Positions 21,620 to 32,484 are shown, counted from the first letter of the stretch. The stretch: DNA of 64,000 nt from an uncultured cyanobacterium (GCA_963740315.1 CAVUDP010000002.1:224001-288000); one strand, 5' to 3'. Translations and numbers: made by a program. The notes: generated by a model not told the origin, from the letters alone.

Positions 21620-21792
21620 AATCAATGTTTTTAAATAACTCTCAAGTCTATTGTCTGTGATTTTGGGCACGAAAAGACGTGGAGATGGGGAGAGGGGAGA
21701 GGGGAGAGGGGGAAGAGGGGGAGATGGGGAAGAGGGGGAGATGGGGAAGAGGGGGAGATGGGGAGAGGGGGAAGAGGGGGAGATGGGGAGAT

Positions 21793-21979
21793 GGTAAGCC
21801 CAAAACGTGCGCGGTGAGAGCAGTCGCGTGCGGGGGTTCCCCCCGTTGAGCGAACTGCCGAACCCGAAGGGGTTCCCCGCGTTGAGAGAAGTGGCGCAAC
21901 CCGTTACTCTAACGAGTCGTGCCGCGAGTAAGGCTTGCGTCGCCTGAAAGGCGATACACGCGGAGCGTGCGGCGAGCGG
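21793..21979. repeat. Multiply nested small dispersed repeat inside a GGGGA(G/A)G array
   Basis: Contains two SDR-like GGGTTCCCC hairpins plus the block AGTGGCGCAACCCGTTACTCTAACGAGTCGTGCCGCG, identical to that at ~14352. Confidence 0.75.
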
Positions 21980-22598
21980 GGGAGATGGGGAGAGGGGGAA
22001 GAGGGGGAGAAGAGAGCAGGGGAGGCAGAGGAGGCAGAGGAGGCAGGGGAGGCAGGGGGAGAAAAAATTAATTTTAAATTGCTATTGCTCCCTCCGCTCC
22101 CTCCGCTCCCTCCGCAATATCATCTCCTAACTCCTAACTCCCAATTCCTAACTGGTTACTGGTAATTAATTTTATACAATGGTAGAAAATACCAAAAAAT
22201 ACGTATATTTATGATGGCTTAAGTAAATATACTCAAGCGTAACAATGATTTTGTTATCGGTCTTCAGGCATATTACTATAGTTAATGTGACGAAATTGTC
22301 TCTAAGCTATTGTAGATAATCTATAAGATCGCTTTTTTGGCTAGGTAAGCACTATAAAAAAAAGTTCTGTTTCGGAAAATTATTCCGATCGAAACTTGTG
22401 ATTAGCGATCGCTGCTAATACGAGTAATCTCCCATAGCTCTAATAAAAATAAGGATGTATTAATGCAATGGTATTCATAATTAATCTAGCAAGTAGCCTT
22501 CGTAAACCACCTCCAATAAATTTTCCCTATTAATATCTGTTGTATAACAGTTTGCTTTTCTGAACGTAAAAAAAATCGGTAATAGTAGGAAAGATTTG

Positions 22599-25421
22599 AT
22601 GAATAAGAAGGTTATTCAAAATGAAGCATTAAGGCTAAAGGCTTTATATGAGTACTCTATTCTTGATACTTCACCTGAAGTTGCTTTTGATGATTTGGTT
22701 TTGTTAGCCAAGCAAGTTATAGGAACACCGATCGCTTTGATTAATTTGGTTGATGCCGAGCGTCAGTGGTTTAAAGCGAAGGTGGGGTTAAATGTATCGG
22801 AAATGCCCAGAAATAAAGGGTTTGGTTCTTTGTGTGTCGGTTTGGGTGAGACTTTAATTATTCCCGATACCTTAGCCTCGGAGCAATTTGCTAATAATCA
22901 TGTGGTGATATGTGAGCCATATGTAAGATTTTATGCGGGTATACCGTTAATAGCACCTCAAGGTGAGGTAATAGGAACTTTGTGCGCGATCGATACGGTA
23001 CCGCGAGAGATTACTTCCGAACAAATAGAGTCACTCGAAGCGATTAGTCGTTTGGTGATGAGGCAACTAGAAATACGAACAAGTTTAAAGAAATTAACGG
23101 ATATTAAAACAGAATACGAGCAAGCAAAAGCAGCGTTGGATCAAAGCGAAAGTATTATCAAAAGTTTTTTTGATAGTGCGCCGATGATGATGGGGATTGT
23201 TGAGCTGAGGGAAAATGATATTTTACACGTTTCCGGCAATACTCACGCGGCGAATTTTTTGGGTTTGACTCCAGAAGCAATGAGAAACCGCTTTGTTAGC
23301 GATATGGGGATTCCGTCACATCTGATCGATCGGTGGATTGATTTTTATCATCAAACAGAACGTACTCAATCTTCTATAACTTTTGAGTATCCTTTCGATA
23401 CTCCTGATGGTAGCAGATGGCTCAAAGCTAAAGTTTCTCCGATCGCGAATTGTTCGGAACATCAAAGGTTTGCTTATTTGGTTGATGATATCACCCAACG
23501 TAAGGAAGCAGAAGAAAGACTTCGCTGGAAACAAACCCTTTTGCGATCGATGACTAGTGTTTCACCGCTAGCATTTTATGTAGTAGAAAACCGTACTGGA
23601 AATATTTTGTATGCAAATCAACGTTTTTATGAAATTTGGGGTATCGAGCATTTAAAAGAACAAGTAGAAAGTGGCTTATTTAAACACGAGGATATCGTGG
23701 AAGAATGCCGCAAGTTAACATCTGAAGTTCCTGCATTTATTAAATCTTGCCAACCAGATTTTATTGAAAAATGTATTTGCGAAGATGAAATTTTATTACC
23801 CGATGGTCGTACTATCCGGCGTTTTTCTAGAGAAATACAAAATCAAGATAACGAGAATTTTGCGCGGCTATATATGTTTGAGAATATTACGAGCCGCAAA
23901 CATAGATCGCATCAATTACGGGAACGAGCAGCATTATTAGATATTGCTTCAGACGCTATTATTATGCGAGATTTATCTCAGATAATTTTATTATGGAATA
24001 AGAGCGCCGAGGCAATTTATGGTTGGACAGAAGAAGAAGCTATTAACAAGAATGCTTATGAACTTTTACAACCGGAAGTTTTAGGGCAACATCAAGATAT
24101 TTATCAACAAGTATTACAGCAGGGTTCGTGGCAAGGTGAGTTAAAAAAAATTGGTAAATCGGGTCAAAAAATTATTGTTGAAAGTCGTTGGACTTTGGTT
24201 AGAGATGAGCATCAAAAACCCAAATCTATTTTAACTGTTGATACAGATATTACGCAAAAAAAAGAATTAGAAAACCAATTTTTACGCGCTCAACGCATGG
24301 AAAGTATTGGTACTTTAGCTTCCGGTATTGCTCACGATTTAAATAATGTGCTTTCGCCGATTTTAATGTCAGTGCAATTGCTCAAAAATAAAAGTCGTAA
24401 CGAACAAGAAATTTCCATGTTGGGAATCGTGGAAAACAACGCCAAACGCGGAGCTAATCTGGTAAAACAGGTATTGTCATTCGCGAGGGGAATCGAAGGC
24501 GATATACACAGCGTAGCTGAACGCACTGTAATTCAGATTCAAGAATTAGTTTGGGAAATGAAGCAAATTGTCGAACAAACTTTTCCTAAATCGATTGTAT
24601 TTAATCAGTCAATGGAAGAAGATTTATGGCAGATATGGGGCGATAGTACTCAATTACACCAAGTATTATTAAATTTATGTCTGAATGCTCGCGATGCGAT
24701 GCAATCCGGTGGTAAATTAACGATTTCTGCCAAAAATATTATAATTGATGACAACTACGCCGGAATGCACCTTGATGCCGAAGTAGGTTCCTATGTAGTT
24801 ATTAGCGTTGCCGATACGGGAATTGGTATTTCTCAAAAATTATTAGATAGAATATTTGAGCCATTTTTCACTACAAAAGAATTTGGTAAAGGTACGGGAT
24901 TGGGACTATCAACAGTAATCGGCATTATCAAAGGTCATAACGGATTTGTCAACGTATCTAGTACGCCCGGTATTGGTACAAAATTTGAAGTTTATTTGCC
25001 AGCAGCAAACATTAAGGTAAACCAAGAAACTGAATTTTTGAAAACACCAGTAGGAAACGGAGAGTTAATTTTAGTTGTTGATGACGAACCTTCAATTAGA
25101 GATATTACTTTAACTTCCCTAGAACAGTATAATTATCAAGCAATTACTGCTAGCGATGGTATTGAAGCAATAGCACTTTATGCTCAATACAAAAATAAAA
25201 TTAGTGCCGCAATCGTTGATATGATGATGCCTAATATGGATGGTGCAACTACTATTAATACATTACATAGAATGAATCCTTATTTACGCACGATCGCTGT
25301 CAGCGGATTAGCAACCAGCGAACAAATACCTTTTGATAAATCTTCTAAATACACAGCTTTTTTGCCTAAACCATATACCGCTCAAGAATTATTGACAACT
25401 TTACATTCGGTTTTGAAGTAA
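22599..25421 (+). CDS. Hybrid sensor kinase GAF-PAS-PAS-PAS-HisKA-HATPase-REC
   Basis: GAF (LDT.PE..FD, RFYAG.PL), PAS/PAC DIT motifs, H-box GIAHDLNN, FEPFFTTK, GTGLGL, C-terminal receiver. Confidence 0.93.
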   Translation: MNKKVIQNEALRLKALYEYSILDTSPEVAFDDLVLLAKQVIGTPIALINLVDAERQWFKAKVGLNVSEMPRNKGFGSLCVGLGETLIIPDTLASEQFANNHVVICEPYVRFYAGIPLIAPQGEVIGTLCAIDTVPREITSEQIESLEAISRLVMRQLEIRTSLKKLTDIKTEYEQAKAALDQSESIIKSFFDSAPMMMGIVELRENDILHVSGNTHAANFLGLTPEAMRNRFVSDMGIPSHLIDRWIDFYHQTERTQSSITFEYPFDTPDGSRWLKAKVSPIANCSEHQRFAYLVDDITQRKEAEERLRWKQTLLRSMTSVSPLAFYVVENRTGNILYANQRFYEIWGIEHLKEQVESGLFKHEDIVEECRKLTSEVPAFIKSCQPDFIEKCICEDEILLPDGRTIRRFSREIQNQDNENFARLYMFENITSRKHRSHQLRERAALLDIASDAIIMRDLSQIILLWNKSAEAIYGWTEEEAINKNAYELLQPEVLGQHQDIYQQVLQQGSWQGELKKIGKSGQKIIVESRWTLVRDEHQKPKSILTVDTDITQKKELENQFLRAQRMESIGTLASGIAHDLNNVLSPILMSVQLLKNKSRNEQEISMLGIVENNAKRGANLVKQVLSFARGIEGDIHSVAERTVIQIQELVWEMKQIVEQTFPKSIVFNQSMEEDLWQIWGDSTQLHQVLLNLCLNARDAMQSGGKLTISAKNIIIDDNYAGMHLDAEVGSYVVISVADTGIGISQKLLDRIFEPFFTTKEFGKGTGLGLSTVIGIIKGHNGFVNVSSTPGIGTKFEVYLPAANIKVNQETEFLKTPVGNGELILVVDDEPSIRDITLTSLEQYNYQAITASDGIEAIALYAQYKNKISAAIVDMMMPNMDGATTINTLHRMNPYLRTIAVSGLATSEQIPFDKSSKYTAFLPKPYTAQELLTTLHSVLK

Positions 25422-25456
25422 TCGGTTTGGGGAGATGGGAGAGGGGGAGATGGGGA

Positions 25457-25571
25457 GTACTTCGACAAGTCTTACAGTGAGCTACGTCGAACTGCTCAGT
25501 AACCTTTGGGGAGATGGGGAGTACTTCGACAAGTCTTACAGTGAGCTACGTCGAACTGCTCAGTAACCTTT
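25457..25571 (+). repeat. Two tandem copies of a 51-bp dispersed hairpin element
   Basis: GTACTTCGACAAGTCTTACAGTGAGCTACGTCGAACTGCTCAGTAACCTTT at 25457 and 25521. Confidence 0.9.
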
Positions 25572-25656
25572 GGGGAGAGGGGGAGAGCAGGGGGCAGAGG
25601 GGGCACGGGAAGCAATTAATTTTTTTACTTGCTAATTATTAATTTATTTATTTTCT

Positions 25657-25748
25657 TCCTCCGCTTCCTCCGCTTCCTCCGCTTCCTCCGCTTCCTCCGC
25701 TTCCTCCGCTCCCTCCGCTTCCTCCGCTTCCTCCGCTTCCTCCGCTCC
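25657..25748. repeat. (CCTCCGCTT)n nonamer tandem repeat
   Basis: About ten units; related units at ~6955, ~22090 and ~43152. Confidence 0.9.
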
Positions 25749-25761
25749 TAACTATTAATTT

Positions 25762-28700
25762 ATGAGTAATCTAATTCTGGTTGTAGACGATGATGATTTA
25801 ACGCGGATGCAGCTGCGCGAATTGCTAAAATCGGCGGGATATTGGGTGGCTGAGGCGGGTAATGGAGAGGAAGCGCTGACTGCGTATACTCAGTTACAGC
25901 CTGATATGGTTCTGTTGGATGCTTTGATGCCGCTGATAGATGGTTTTAGCTGTTGTGCGCGATTGCGTCAACTTCCTGGAGGAGAAGAAATACCGATATT
26001 AATGATTACCGCTCTTTACGAGCAAAGTTCTGTAGAAAAAGCTTTTAATGCTGGTGCTACGGATTATATAACTAAGCCGATTCAGTGGTTGGTGTTGCGT
26101 CAACGGGTGCGTCGTCTGTTGGAAGCTAGTAGTACGATGAAAAAATTACGGCAGCAAACCGAACAAGCACACAGGCAAGAAGCGCAATTAAAAATTGCAT
26201 TAGAAGCTGCCCATATGGGTATTTGGGATTGGAATATCGTTACTAATAAGGTAATTTGGTCGGATACTATCAAAGCGCTATTTGGTAAAGCAAGTTTAAG
26301 CTTTAATGAAACTTACCAAAGCTTTATTAGTTTTATTCATCCTCAAGACAGAGATTTAATTAATCGAGCCGCCCAGAGCGCTATTGAAGATGGAGGAGAA
26401 TACAACATTGAATATCGCATGGTTTTACCCGACGGTAGTATTCGCTGGTTTGCTTCGAGAGGTTTAGTTTTTCGTAATTCTTCTGGGAAAGCTTTGCGGA
26501 TGTCGGGAATTGATATGGATATTACCGATCGCAAAAAGGCTGAGCTGACTTTACAGATTCATGCAAATCAACAAGCATTGGTAGCGGAACTTTCTCAAGC
26601 AGCACTGGCGGGAATGGATTTAAATAGTTTGATGACTGATGCTGTTACGGCGATCGCACAATGTCTTGAGGTGGAATACTCTAAGATTTTGGAATTATTG
26701 CCTTCGGGCGATCGGTTACTGTTGCGTGCGGGTGTGGGTTGGCATTCTGGGCTTGTGGGAACAGTAATAGTAAGTACTGCCGAAAATTCGCAAGCAGGTT
26801 ATACCATTAATTCCCAAGAAGCTGTAATTGTGGAAGATTTGACAAATGAAACGCGCTTTACTAGTCCGCAATTATTATTAGACCATAATGTAGTTAGCGG
26901 TTTGTCGGTAATTATTCAAGGAAAAGAACGCCCTTTTGGGATTTTGGGAGCGCATACCACCGTATATCGCAGATTTAGTCGTGATGATATCTACTTTTTA
27001 CAAGCGATCGCCAACGTTTTAGCTACAGCGATCGAACGCCAACGTATGGAAGATGCGCTTAGAGAAAGTGAAGAGCGCTGGCAATTAGCAGTAAAAGGTA
27101 CTAATGATGGTATTTGGGATTGGAATATAAAAACCCATCAAGTTTTCCATTCGACTCGCTCTAGAGAAATCCTTGGTTATGATGAAGATATTGGCAATAA
27201 TTTAGATGAATGGTTCAATTTGGTGCATCCCGACGATCTAGACTTGCAAATGCAAACGATTCAAAACCATTTTGAGAATAAAACTCCTTTTTACATTAGC
27301 GAGCATCGTCTCCGGTGTAAAGATGGAAGTTATAAATGGATTTTGGAAAGAGGGCAAGCCTTATGGGATGCGGATGGGAATGTAGTGCGGATGGCGGGTT
27401 CCCATACTGATATTACCGAACGTAAATTAGCAGAAGAACAACTACGACAAAGCGAACAGCGTTTCCGAATACTGGCTCGTGCTACCAACGATGCCGTTTG
27501 GGATTGGAACTTGCTTACAAATAAATTGTGGTGGAATGATTCGATACAGACGCTGTTTGGTTACTCAGCAGAATCTATAGAAGGTACCATCGATTGGTGG
27601 TACGAACGGGTGCATCCAGAAGATAGACGCAGAATTGTTACCGACATTCGCGCCGTTGTAGAAAGCGCTCAACCATTTTGGACGAATGAATACCGTTTTC
27701 TAAAAGCAGATGGAACAAGCGCTCATATTTTGGATCGTGGTTACGTTGTTCGCGACGACACGGGGAAACCAGTACGAATGATTGGCGCGATGATGGACAT
27801 TACCGAACGCAAGCGCGTACAGGAAGAACTGATTCGACAAAGTTTACGCAGTCAATTATTTGCCGATGTGACTCTCAAGATTCGCACTTCCCTACAAATC
27901 GATGAAATTCTTCAAGCTAGCGTTACGGAAGTACAAAAATTACTGCACGCCGATCGTGTATTAATTCTGCGAGTGTTTGACGATGGTTCGATTACAGCCG
28001 TCAAGGAAGCAGTAGTTCCCGGTTTACCCGTAGTTTACGGACAAAATATTGACGACGATTGCTTTACCAGAGAATACCTCGAAAAATACCGCAAAGGAAG
28101 GATCAAGGCTATTAGTGACATTCACCAAGCTGATATCCAGCCATGTCACGTAGAATTACTGCAAAGATTCGATATTAAATCAAACTTAGTAGTTCCCATC
28201 ATCATGCAAAATGAACTTTGGGGATTACTAATTGCTCATCAATGCGCCAGTATCCGGGAATGGAATGAGTGGGAAACCGAATTATTGCAACAATTAGCCG
28301 ATCAAATAGGTATAGCCGCTTCACAAGCCAAACTGCTTGAACTTGAAACCCGTCAGCGAGAAGAACTTACTCGTTCCAACGAAGAGCTACAACAATTCGC
28401 CTTCATCGCTTCCCACGACTTACAAGAACCATTGCGTAAAATTACAGCATTTGGCGATCGCCTCAAAGCCACTTGCGAAGATGCTTTAACAGATAAGGGA
28501 TACGACTATCTAGAAAGAATGCAGAATGCAGCCGAAAGAATGCAGGCTTTGATTGAAGATTTACTTACTCTTTCGCGGATAACCACCAGAGCAAAACCTT
28601 TTGTAGAAGTAAATCTTGCACGAGTAACTCAAGAAGTATTATCCGATTTAGAAATACGTATTGCCCAAACCAAAGCGCGTATAGAAATCGGCGAACTACC

Positions 28701-29067
28701 CACCATCAAAGCCGATCCGCTGCAAATGCGTCAATTACTACAAAACCTTGTCGGCAACGCTTTGAAATTCCACCGAAAACAAGAGCCACCATTTGTAAAA
28801 ATATATAGTGACTTTACAGATCGACAACTAAGCTCCGATTACTGTCAAATCATCGTAAAAGATAACGGTATTGGATTTGACGAAAAATATTTAGATCGTA
28901 TATTTAACGTATTTCAAAGACTGCACGGTCGTACAGAATACGAAGGTACTGGAATGGGTTTAGCTATATGTCGAAAAATAGTCGAACGACATCAAGGAAC
29001 CATTACAGCTAAAAGCGAACCCGGAAAAGGTGCAAGTTTTGTTGTCACACTGAAAATTCAAAATTAA
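25762..29067 (+). CDS. Cyanobacteriochrome-containing sensor kinase REC-PAS-GAF-PAS-PAS-GAF(CBCR)-HK
   Basis: N-terminal receiver; PAS_3 repeats (GIWDWN, HPDD/HPED); last GAF with DDCF and PCH; H-box ASHDLQEPLRKI. Confidence 0.92.
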   Translation: MSNLILVVDDDDLTRMQLRELLKSAGYWVAEAGNGEEALTAYTQLQPDMVLLDALMPLIDGFSCCARLRQLPGGEEIPILMITALYEQSSVEKAFNAGATDYITKPIQWLVLRQRVRRLLEASSTMKKLRQQTEQAHRQEAQLKIALEAAHMGIWDWNIVTNKVIWSDTIKALFGKASLSFNETYQSFISFIHPQDRDLINRAAQSAIEDGGEYNIEYRMVLPDGSIRWFASRGLVFRNSSGKALRMSGIDMDITDRKKAELTLQIHANQQALVAELSQAALAGMDLNSLMTDAVTAIAQCLEVEYSKILELLPSGDRLLLRAGVGWHSGLVGTVIVSTAENSQAGYTINSQEAVIVEDLTNETRFTSPQLLLDHNVVSGLSVIIQGKERPFGILGAHTTVYRRFSRDDIYFLQAIANVLATAIERQRMEDALRESEERWQLAVKGTNDGIWDWNIKTHQVFHSTRSREILGYDEDIGNNLDEWFNLVHPDDLDLQMQTIQNHFENKTPFYISEHRLRCKDGSYKWILERGQALWDADGNVVRMAGSHTDITERKLAEEQLRQSEQRFRILARATNDAVWDWNLLTNKLWWNDSIQTLFGYSAESIEGTIDWWYERVHPEDRRRIVTDIRAVVESAQPFWTNEYRFLKADGTSAHILDRGYVVRDDTGKPVRMIGAMMDITERKRVQEELIRQSLRSQLFADVTLKIRTSLQIDEILQASVTEVQKLLHADRVLILRVFDDGSITAVKEAVVPGLPVVYGQNIDDDCFTREYLEKYRKGRIKAISDIHQADIQPCHVELLQRFDIKSNLVVPIIMQNELWGLLIAHQCASIREWNEWETELLQQLADQIGIAASQAKLLELETRQREELTRSNEELQQFAFIASHDLQEPLRKITAFGDRLKATCEDALTDKGYDYLERMQNAAERMQALIEDLLTLSRITTRAKPFVEVNLARVTQEVLSDLEIRIAQTKARIEIGELPTIKADPLQMRQLLQNLVGNALKFHRKQEPPFVKIYSDFTDRQLSSDYCQIIVKDNGIGFDEKYLDRIFNVFQRLHGRTEYEGTGMGLAICRKIVERHQGTITAKSEPGKGASFVVTLKIQN

Positions 29068-29159
29068 GTTCTTGGGCATTGGTAAAAAGGTCAAAGGATC
29101 CAAAGGTTAAAGGTCAAAGGTTAAAGGTTAAAGGTGTAATAACTTCTTACCCTCTCCTC

Positions 29160-29210
29160 AAAGGTTACTGAGCAGTTCGACGTAGCTCACTGTAAGACTT
29201 GTCGAAGTAC
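29160..29210 (-). repeat. 51-bp dispersed hairpin element, inverted copy
   Basis: Exact reverse complement of the 25457 element. Confidence 0.9.
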
Positions 29211-29493
29211 TCCCCATCCCCCCATCTCCCCATCCCCCCATCCCCCCATCTCCCCATCCCCCCATCTCCCCATCTCCCCATCCCCCCATCTCCCCATCCC
29301 CCCATCTCCCCATCCCCCCATCTCCCCATCACCCTTCTCCTCCCTCGATCGCGGCATCGCTAATTTTTTCTTGCTCAAAAAAGGTTTATCATACCGGATA
29401 TAAGAAAGCTAGTGATACAAAATATTACTCAAAGTTTTGTTGCAATTTAATAATTTATTGATTCCAAAACCAGCGTAAAGGAGAAAATGCAGA

Positions 29494-29940
29494 GTGGAGG
29501 CTCGGCAAACAAGCATTTCGATATTGATGGCTGACGATGATGAAGACGATTGTATGTTAGCTAGCGAGGCGTTAACGGAAACTCGTCTGCAATACGAACT
29601 CTATTTTGTTAAGGATGGTGAAGAATTAATGGATTATTTGTATCAGCGTGGAAAATATACAAATCCAAACAATGCACCAACTCCAGGTTTAATTTTGTTG
29701 GATTTAAATATGCCTAAAAAAGATGGTCGTGAAGCACTTAGAGAAATCAAAACTAATCCCACTTTCAGACATATTCCTATCGTAATACTGACAACCTCAA
29801 AAGCAGAAGAAGACATTCAACTTTCTTATTCTTTGGGGGCAAATTCTTTTATCATTAAGCCAGTCACCTTTGCCTCTTTAGTTGAAGTTATGAAAACCAT
29901 AGGAAAATATTGGTTTGATATTGTAGAGCTACCGTACTAA
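29494..29940 (+). CDS. Single-domain response regulator (Rcp1-like)
   Basis: ADDDEDD, ILLDLNMPKKDG, LTTSKAEED, GANSFIIKP; GTG start with AGGAG RBS. Confidence 0.92.
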   Translation: MEARQTSISILMADDDEDDCMLASEALTETRLQYELYFVKDGEELMDYLYQRGKYTNPNNAPTPGLILLDLNMPKKDGREALREIKTNPTFRHIPIVILTTSKAEEDIQLSYSLGANSFIIKPVTFASLVEVMKTIGKYWFDIVELPY

Positions 29941-29957
29941 ACGGTGGGAGATAAAAT

Positions 29958-31850
29958 ATGAATAATAATCCCATTCAAGTTCTGTTAGTAGATGATGATG
30001 AAGATGATTATATTTTAATTCGCGATTGGTTGAGTGAATTCCAGTTAGGCGAGTGCGAACTAGAATGGATAGATAACTATCAAATTGCGAAAGATGTTAT
30101 AGCTGGTAATCGACATGATATTTATCTATTTGATTACCGTTTGGGAGCAGAAAACGGATTAGAACTATTACGCTTTTCAATAAAATGCGGGTGTTCTTCT
30201 CCGATTATTTTGCTTACTGGTAGGGGAGATAGAGATATAGATATTGAAGCGATGAAAGCGGGTGCGGCGGATTATTTAGAAAAAAGTCAATTAAATGCAC
30301 CTTTATTAGAACGTTCAATTCGCTACGCTTTAGAACGTAAACAAACCGAACAAAAAATTCGCGAACAAGCAGCACTACTTGATGTTGCTACCGATGCAAT
30401 CTTTGTACGCGATTTGGATGACAGAATTTTATATTGGAATAAAGCAGCCTCCAGTCTTTATGGTTGTCAGAAAGATGAAGCGATCGGTAAAACAACAGCA
30501 GAACTTTGGCGAGAAAAGAAAATATCGAAAATACGATCGGCTGTTAATAATTTAATCAAAAACGGTTCCTGGAAAGGAGAACTTTATCAAACGACTAAAT
30601 TAGGCAAAGAAATCACTGTTGAGAGTCGCTGGACGCTATTAAAAGAATTTGAAAACAAAGCACAATCGATCCTCGTAGTCAATACTGACATAACGCAAAA
30701 AAAACTATTAGAATCGCAATTTCTTCGCGCTCAAAGATTAGAGAGCATCGGTACATTATCAAGCGGTATCGCTCACGACCTAAATAATGTACTGGCACCG
30801 ATTTTAATGACAGCACAACTATTAGAATCACAACTGCACGATGAGCGAAGCAAACGACTTTTACCAATATTAATTAACAACGCCAAACGCGGAGCAAACT
30901 TAGTCAAGCAAGTGCTGTCTTTTACCCGTGGAATGGAAGGCGATCGCACTATATTACAACCAAAGCATTTAATTGATGAAATCAAGCAAGTTGTCAGAGA
31001 AACATTTCCTAAAACAATTCAAGTTTCGGACGAAATACCCCAAAGCCTTTGGATGATTTCTGGAGATGCAACTCAACTGCATCAAGTAATGATGAACTTA
31101 TGTGTTAATGCTAGGGATGCAATGCCAAACGGTGGTAAATTAACCATTGAAGTGTCAAACTTTATAGTAGATGAAAACTACGCTCAAATGCATCTCGATG
31201 CAAAAGTAGGCTCTTACGTGATGATTTCTGTAGCCGATACTGGAATCGGTATTTCTTCAGAAGTATTAGATCGGGTTTTTGAACCATTTTTTACTACTAA
31301 AGAAATTGGCAAAGGTACGGGTTTAGGTCTTTCTACAGTACTTGGTATTGTTAAAAGTCACGGCGGATTTATTAAGGTACAAAGCGATATTAACAAAGGA
31401 AGTAATTTTCAAGTATATTTACCCGCGCAAGAAATTAAAGAACGGGTAGAAGAAGTAGAAGTAGATTTTCCATTAGGGGAAGGAGAATTAATTTTAGTGG
31501 TGGATGACGAAGATTCTATTCGAGATATTACAAAAAAATCATTAGAAAGCTATAATTATAAAGCAATAACAGCTAACGATGGTATTGAAGCAATTGCTTT
31601 GTATGCAGAACATAGAGATCGAATATCTATTGTGTTAACAGATATAGTCATGCCAGCGATGGACGGATTAACAACTATCCGCACGTTACAAAAAATTAAT
31701 CCTCAAGTCAAAATTATTGCCGTTAGCGGTTTAGTTTCTAACGATAAAATTAACGCCGTTACTGAAATTGGCATCAAAGCTTTTTTATCTAAACCTTATA
31801 CTGCAAAGCAATTATTACAAACCATTGGTGAGGTAAAAACGGATAATTAA
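29958..31850 (+). CDS. Hybrid kinase REC-PAS-HisKA-HATPase-REC
   Basis: VDDDEDD receiver, PAS, GIAHDLNN, FEPFFTTK, terminal receiver. Confidence 0.93.
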   Translation: MNNNPIQVLLVDDDEDDYILIRDWLSEFQLGECELEWIDNYQIAKDVIAGNRHDIYLFDYRLGAENGLELLRFSIKCGCSSPIILLTGRGDRDIDIEAMKAGAADYLEKSQLNAPLLERSIRYALERKQTEQKIREQAALLDVATDAIFVRDLDDRILYWNKAASSLYGCQKDEAIGKTTAELWREKKISKIRSAVNNLIKNGSWKGELYQTTKLGKEITVESRWTLLKEFENKAQSILVVNTDITQKKLLESQFLRAQRLESIGTLSSGIAHDLNNVLAPILMTAQLLESQLHDERSKRLLPILINNAKRGANLVKQVLSFTRGMEGDRTILQPKHLIDEIKQVVRETFPKTIQVSDEIPQSLWMISGDATQLHQVMMNLCVNARDAMPNGGKLTIEVSNFIVDENYAQMHLDAKVGSYVMISVADTGIGISSEVLDRVFEPFFTTKEIGKGTGLGLSTVLGIVKSHGGFIKVQSDINKGSNFQVYLPAQEIKERVEEVEVDFPLGEGELILVVDDEDSIRDITKKSLESYNYKAITANDGIEAIALYAEHRDRISIVLTDIVMPAMDGLTTIRTLQKINPQVKIIAVSGLVSNDKINAVTEIGIKAFLSKPYTAKQLLQTIGEVKTDN

Positions 31851-31890
31851 CAATTATCAATTATCAATTCCCTACTCCCTAATCCCCATT

Positions 31891-32286
31891 ATGACCGAAC
31901 AGCGTTCTGAAGTATTGGCAAAAAACGAAGCGTTTTATCGCGCTTTTGAAAAGAAAGATATTGATGCGATGAGTGAAATATGGTCGCAAGGTACTGGTAG
32001 CTTTTGCGTTCATCCTGGATGGAATATACTTCGTGGTTGGAAGCAAGTTAGCAATTCTTGGGTAAAGATTTTTCAAAATACCCCCTATATTGAGATAAAT
32101 ACAGACATAATTTCTATAGAAATTCGGGGAAATATTGCCTATATTGTGCTGGTTGAAAATATAATGCAAGTCACCAAAGGTTCGAGAATAGAAGCAGAAT
32201 CTTTAGCCACCAATATATTTGAATTGCTTGGTGGTAAATGGTATTTAGTTCATCATCATGCAAGTCCGGTGATAAGTAATAGATAA
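31891..32286 (+). CDS. SnoaL/NTF2-like protein
   Basis: NEAFYRAF..CVHPGW..ATNIF..WYLVHHHAS. Confidence 0.88.
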   Translation: MTEQRSEVLAKNEAFYRAFEKKDIDAMSEIWSQGTGSFCVHPGWNILRGWKQVSNSWVKIFQNTPYIEINTDIISIEIRGNIAYIVLVENIMQVTKGSRIEAESLATNIFELLGGKWYLVHHHASPVISNR

Positions 32287-32484
32287 AAGGTTAAAGGTTA
32301 AAGGTTAAAGGTTAAAGGTCAAAGGTTAAAGGTTAAAGGTCAAAGGTTAGGAGTTAGGAGTTTAAAGTTAGGAGTTAGGAGTTGATTTTCTACCCCATCT
32401 CCCCATCCCCCCATCTCCCCATCCCCCCATCTCCCCATCTCCCCACCTCCCCATCTCCCCATCCCCCCATCTCCACATATCGTT

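Noticed and set aside
21648..22165. Gly/Pro/Glu-rich ORFs
   Set aside because: Entirely repeat-derived; the same applies to 14529-14717, 29187-29378, 40986-41273 and 43107-43335
25457..25571. Two identical 51-bp repeats with a short spacer, resembling a mini-CRISPR array
   Set aside because: The spacer is 13 nt of GGGGAGAT STRR, single copies are dispersed elsewhere, and no cas genes are present
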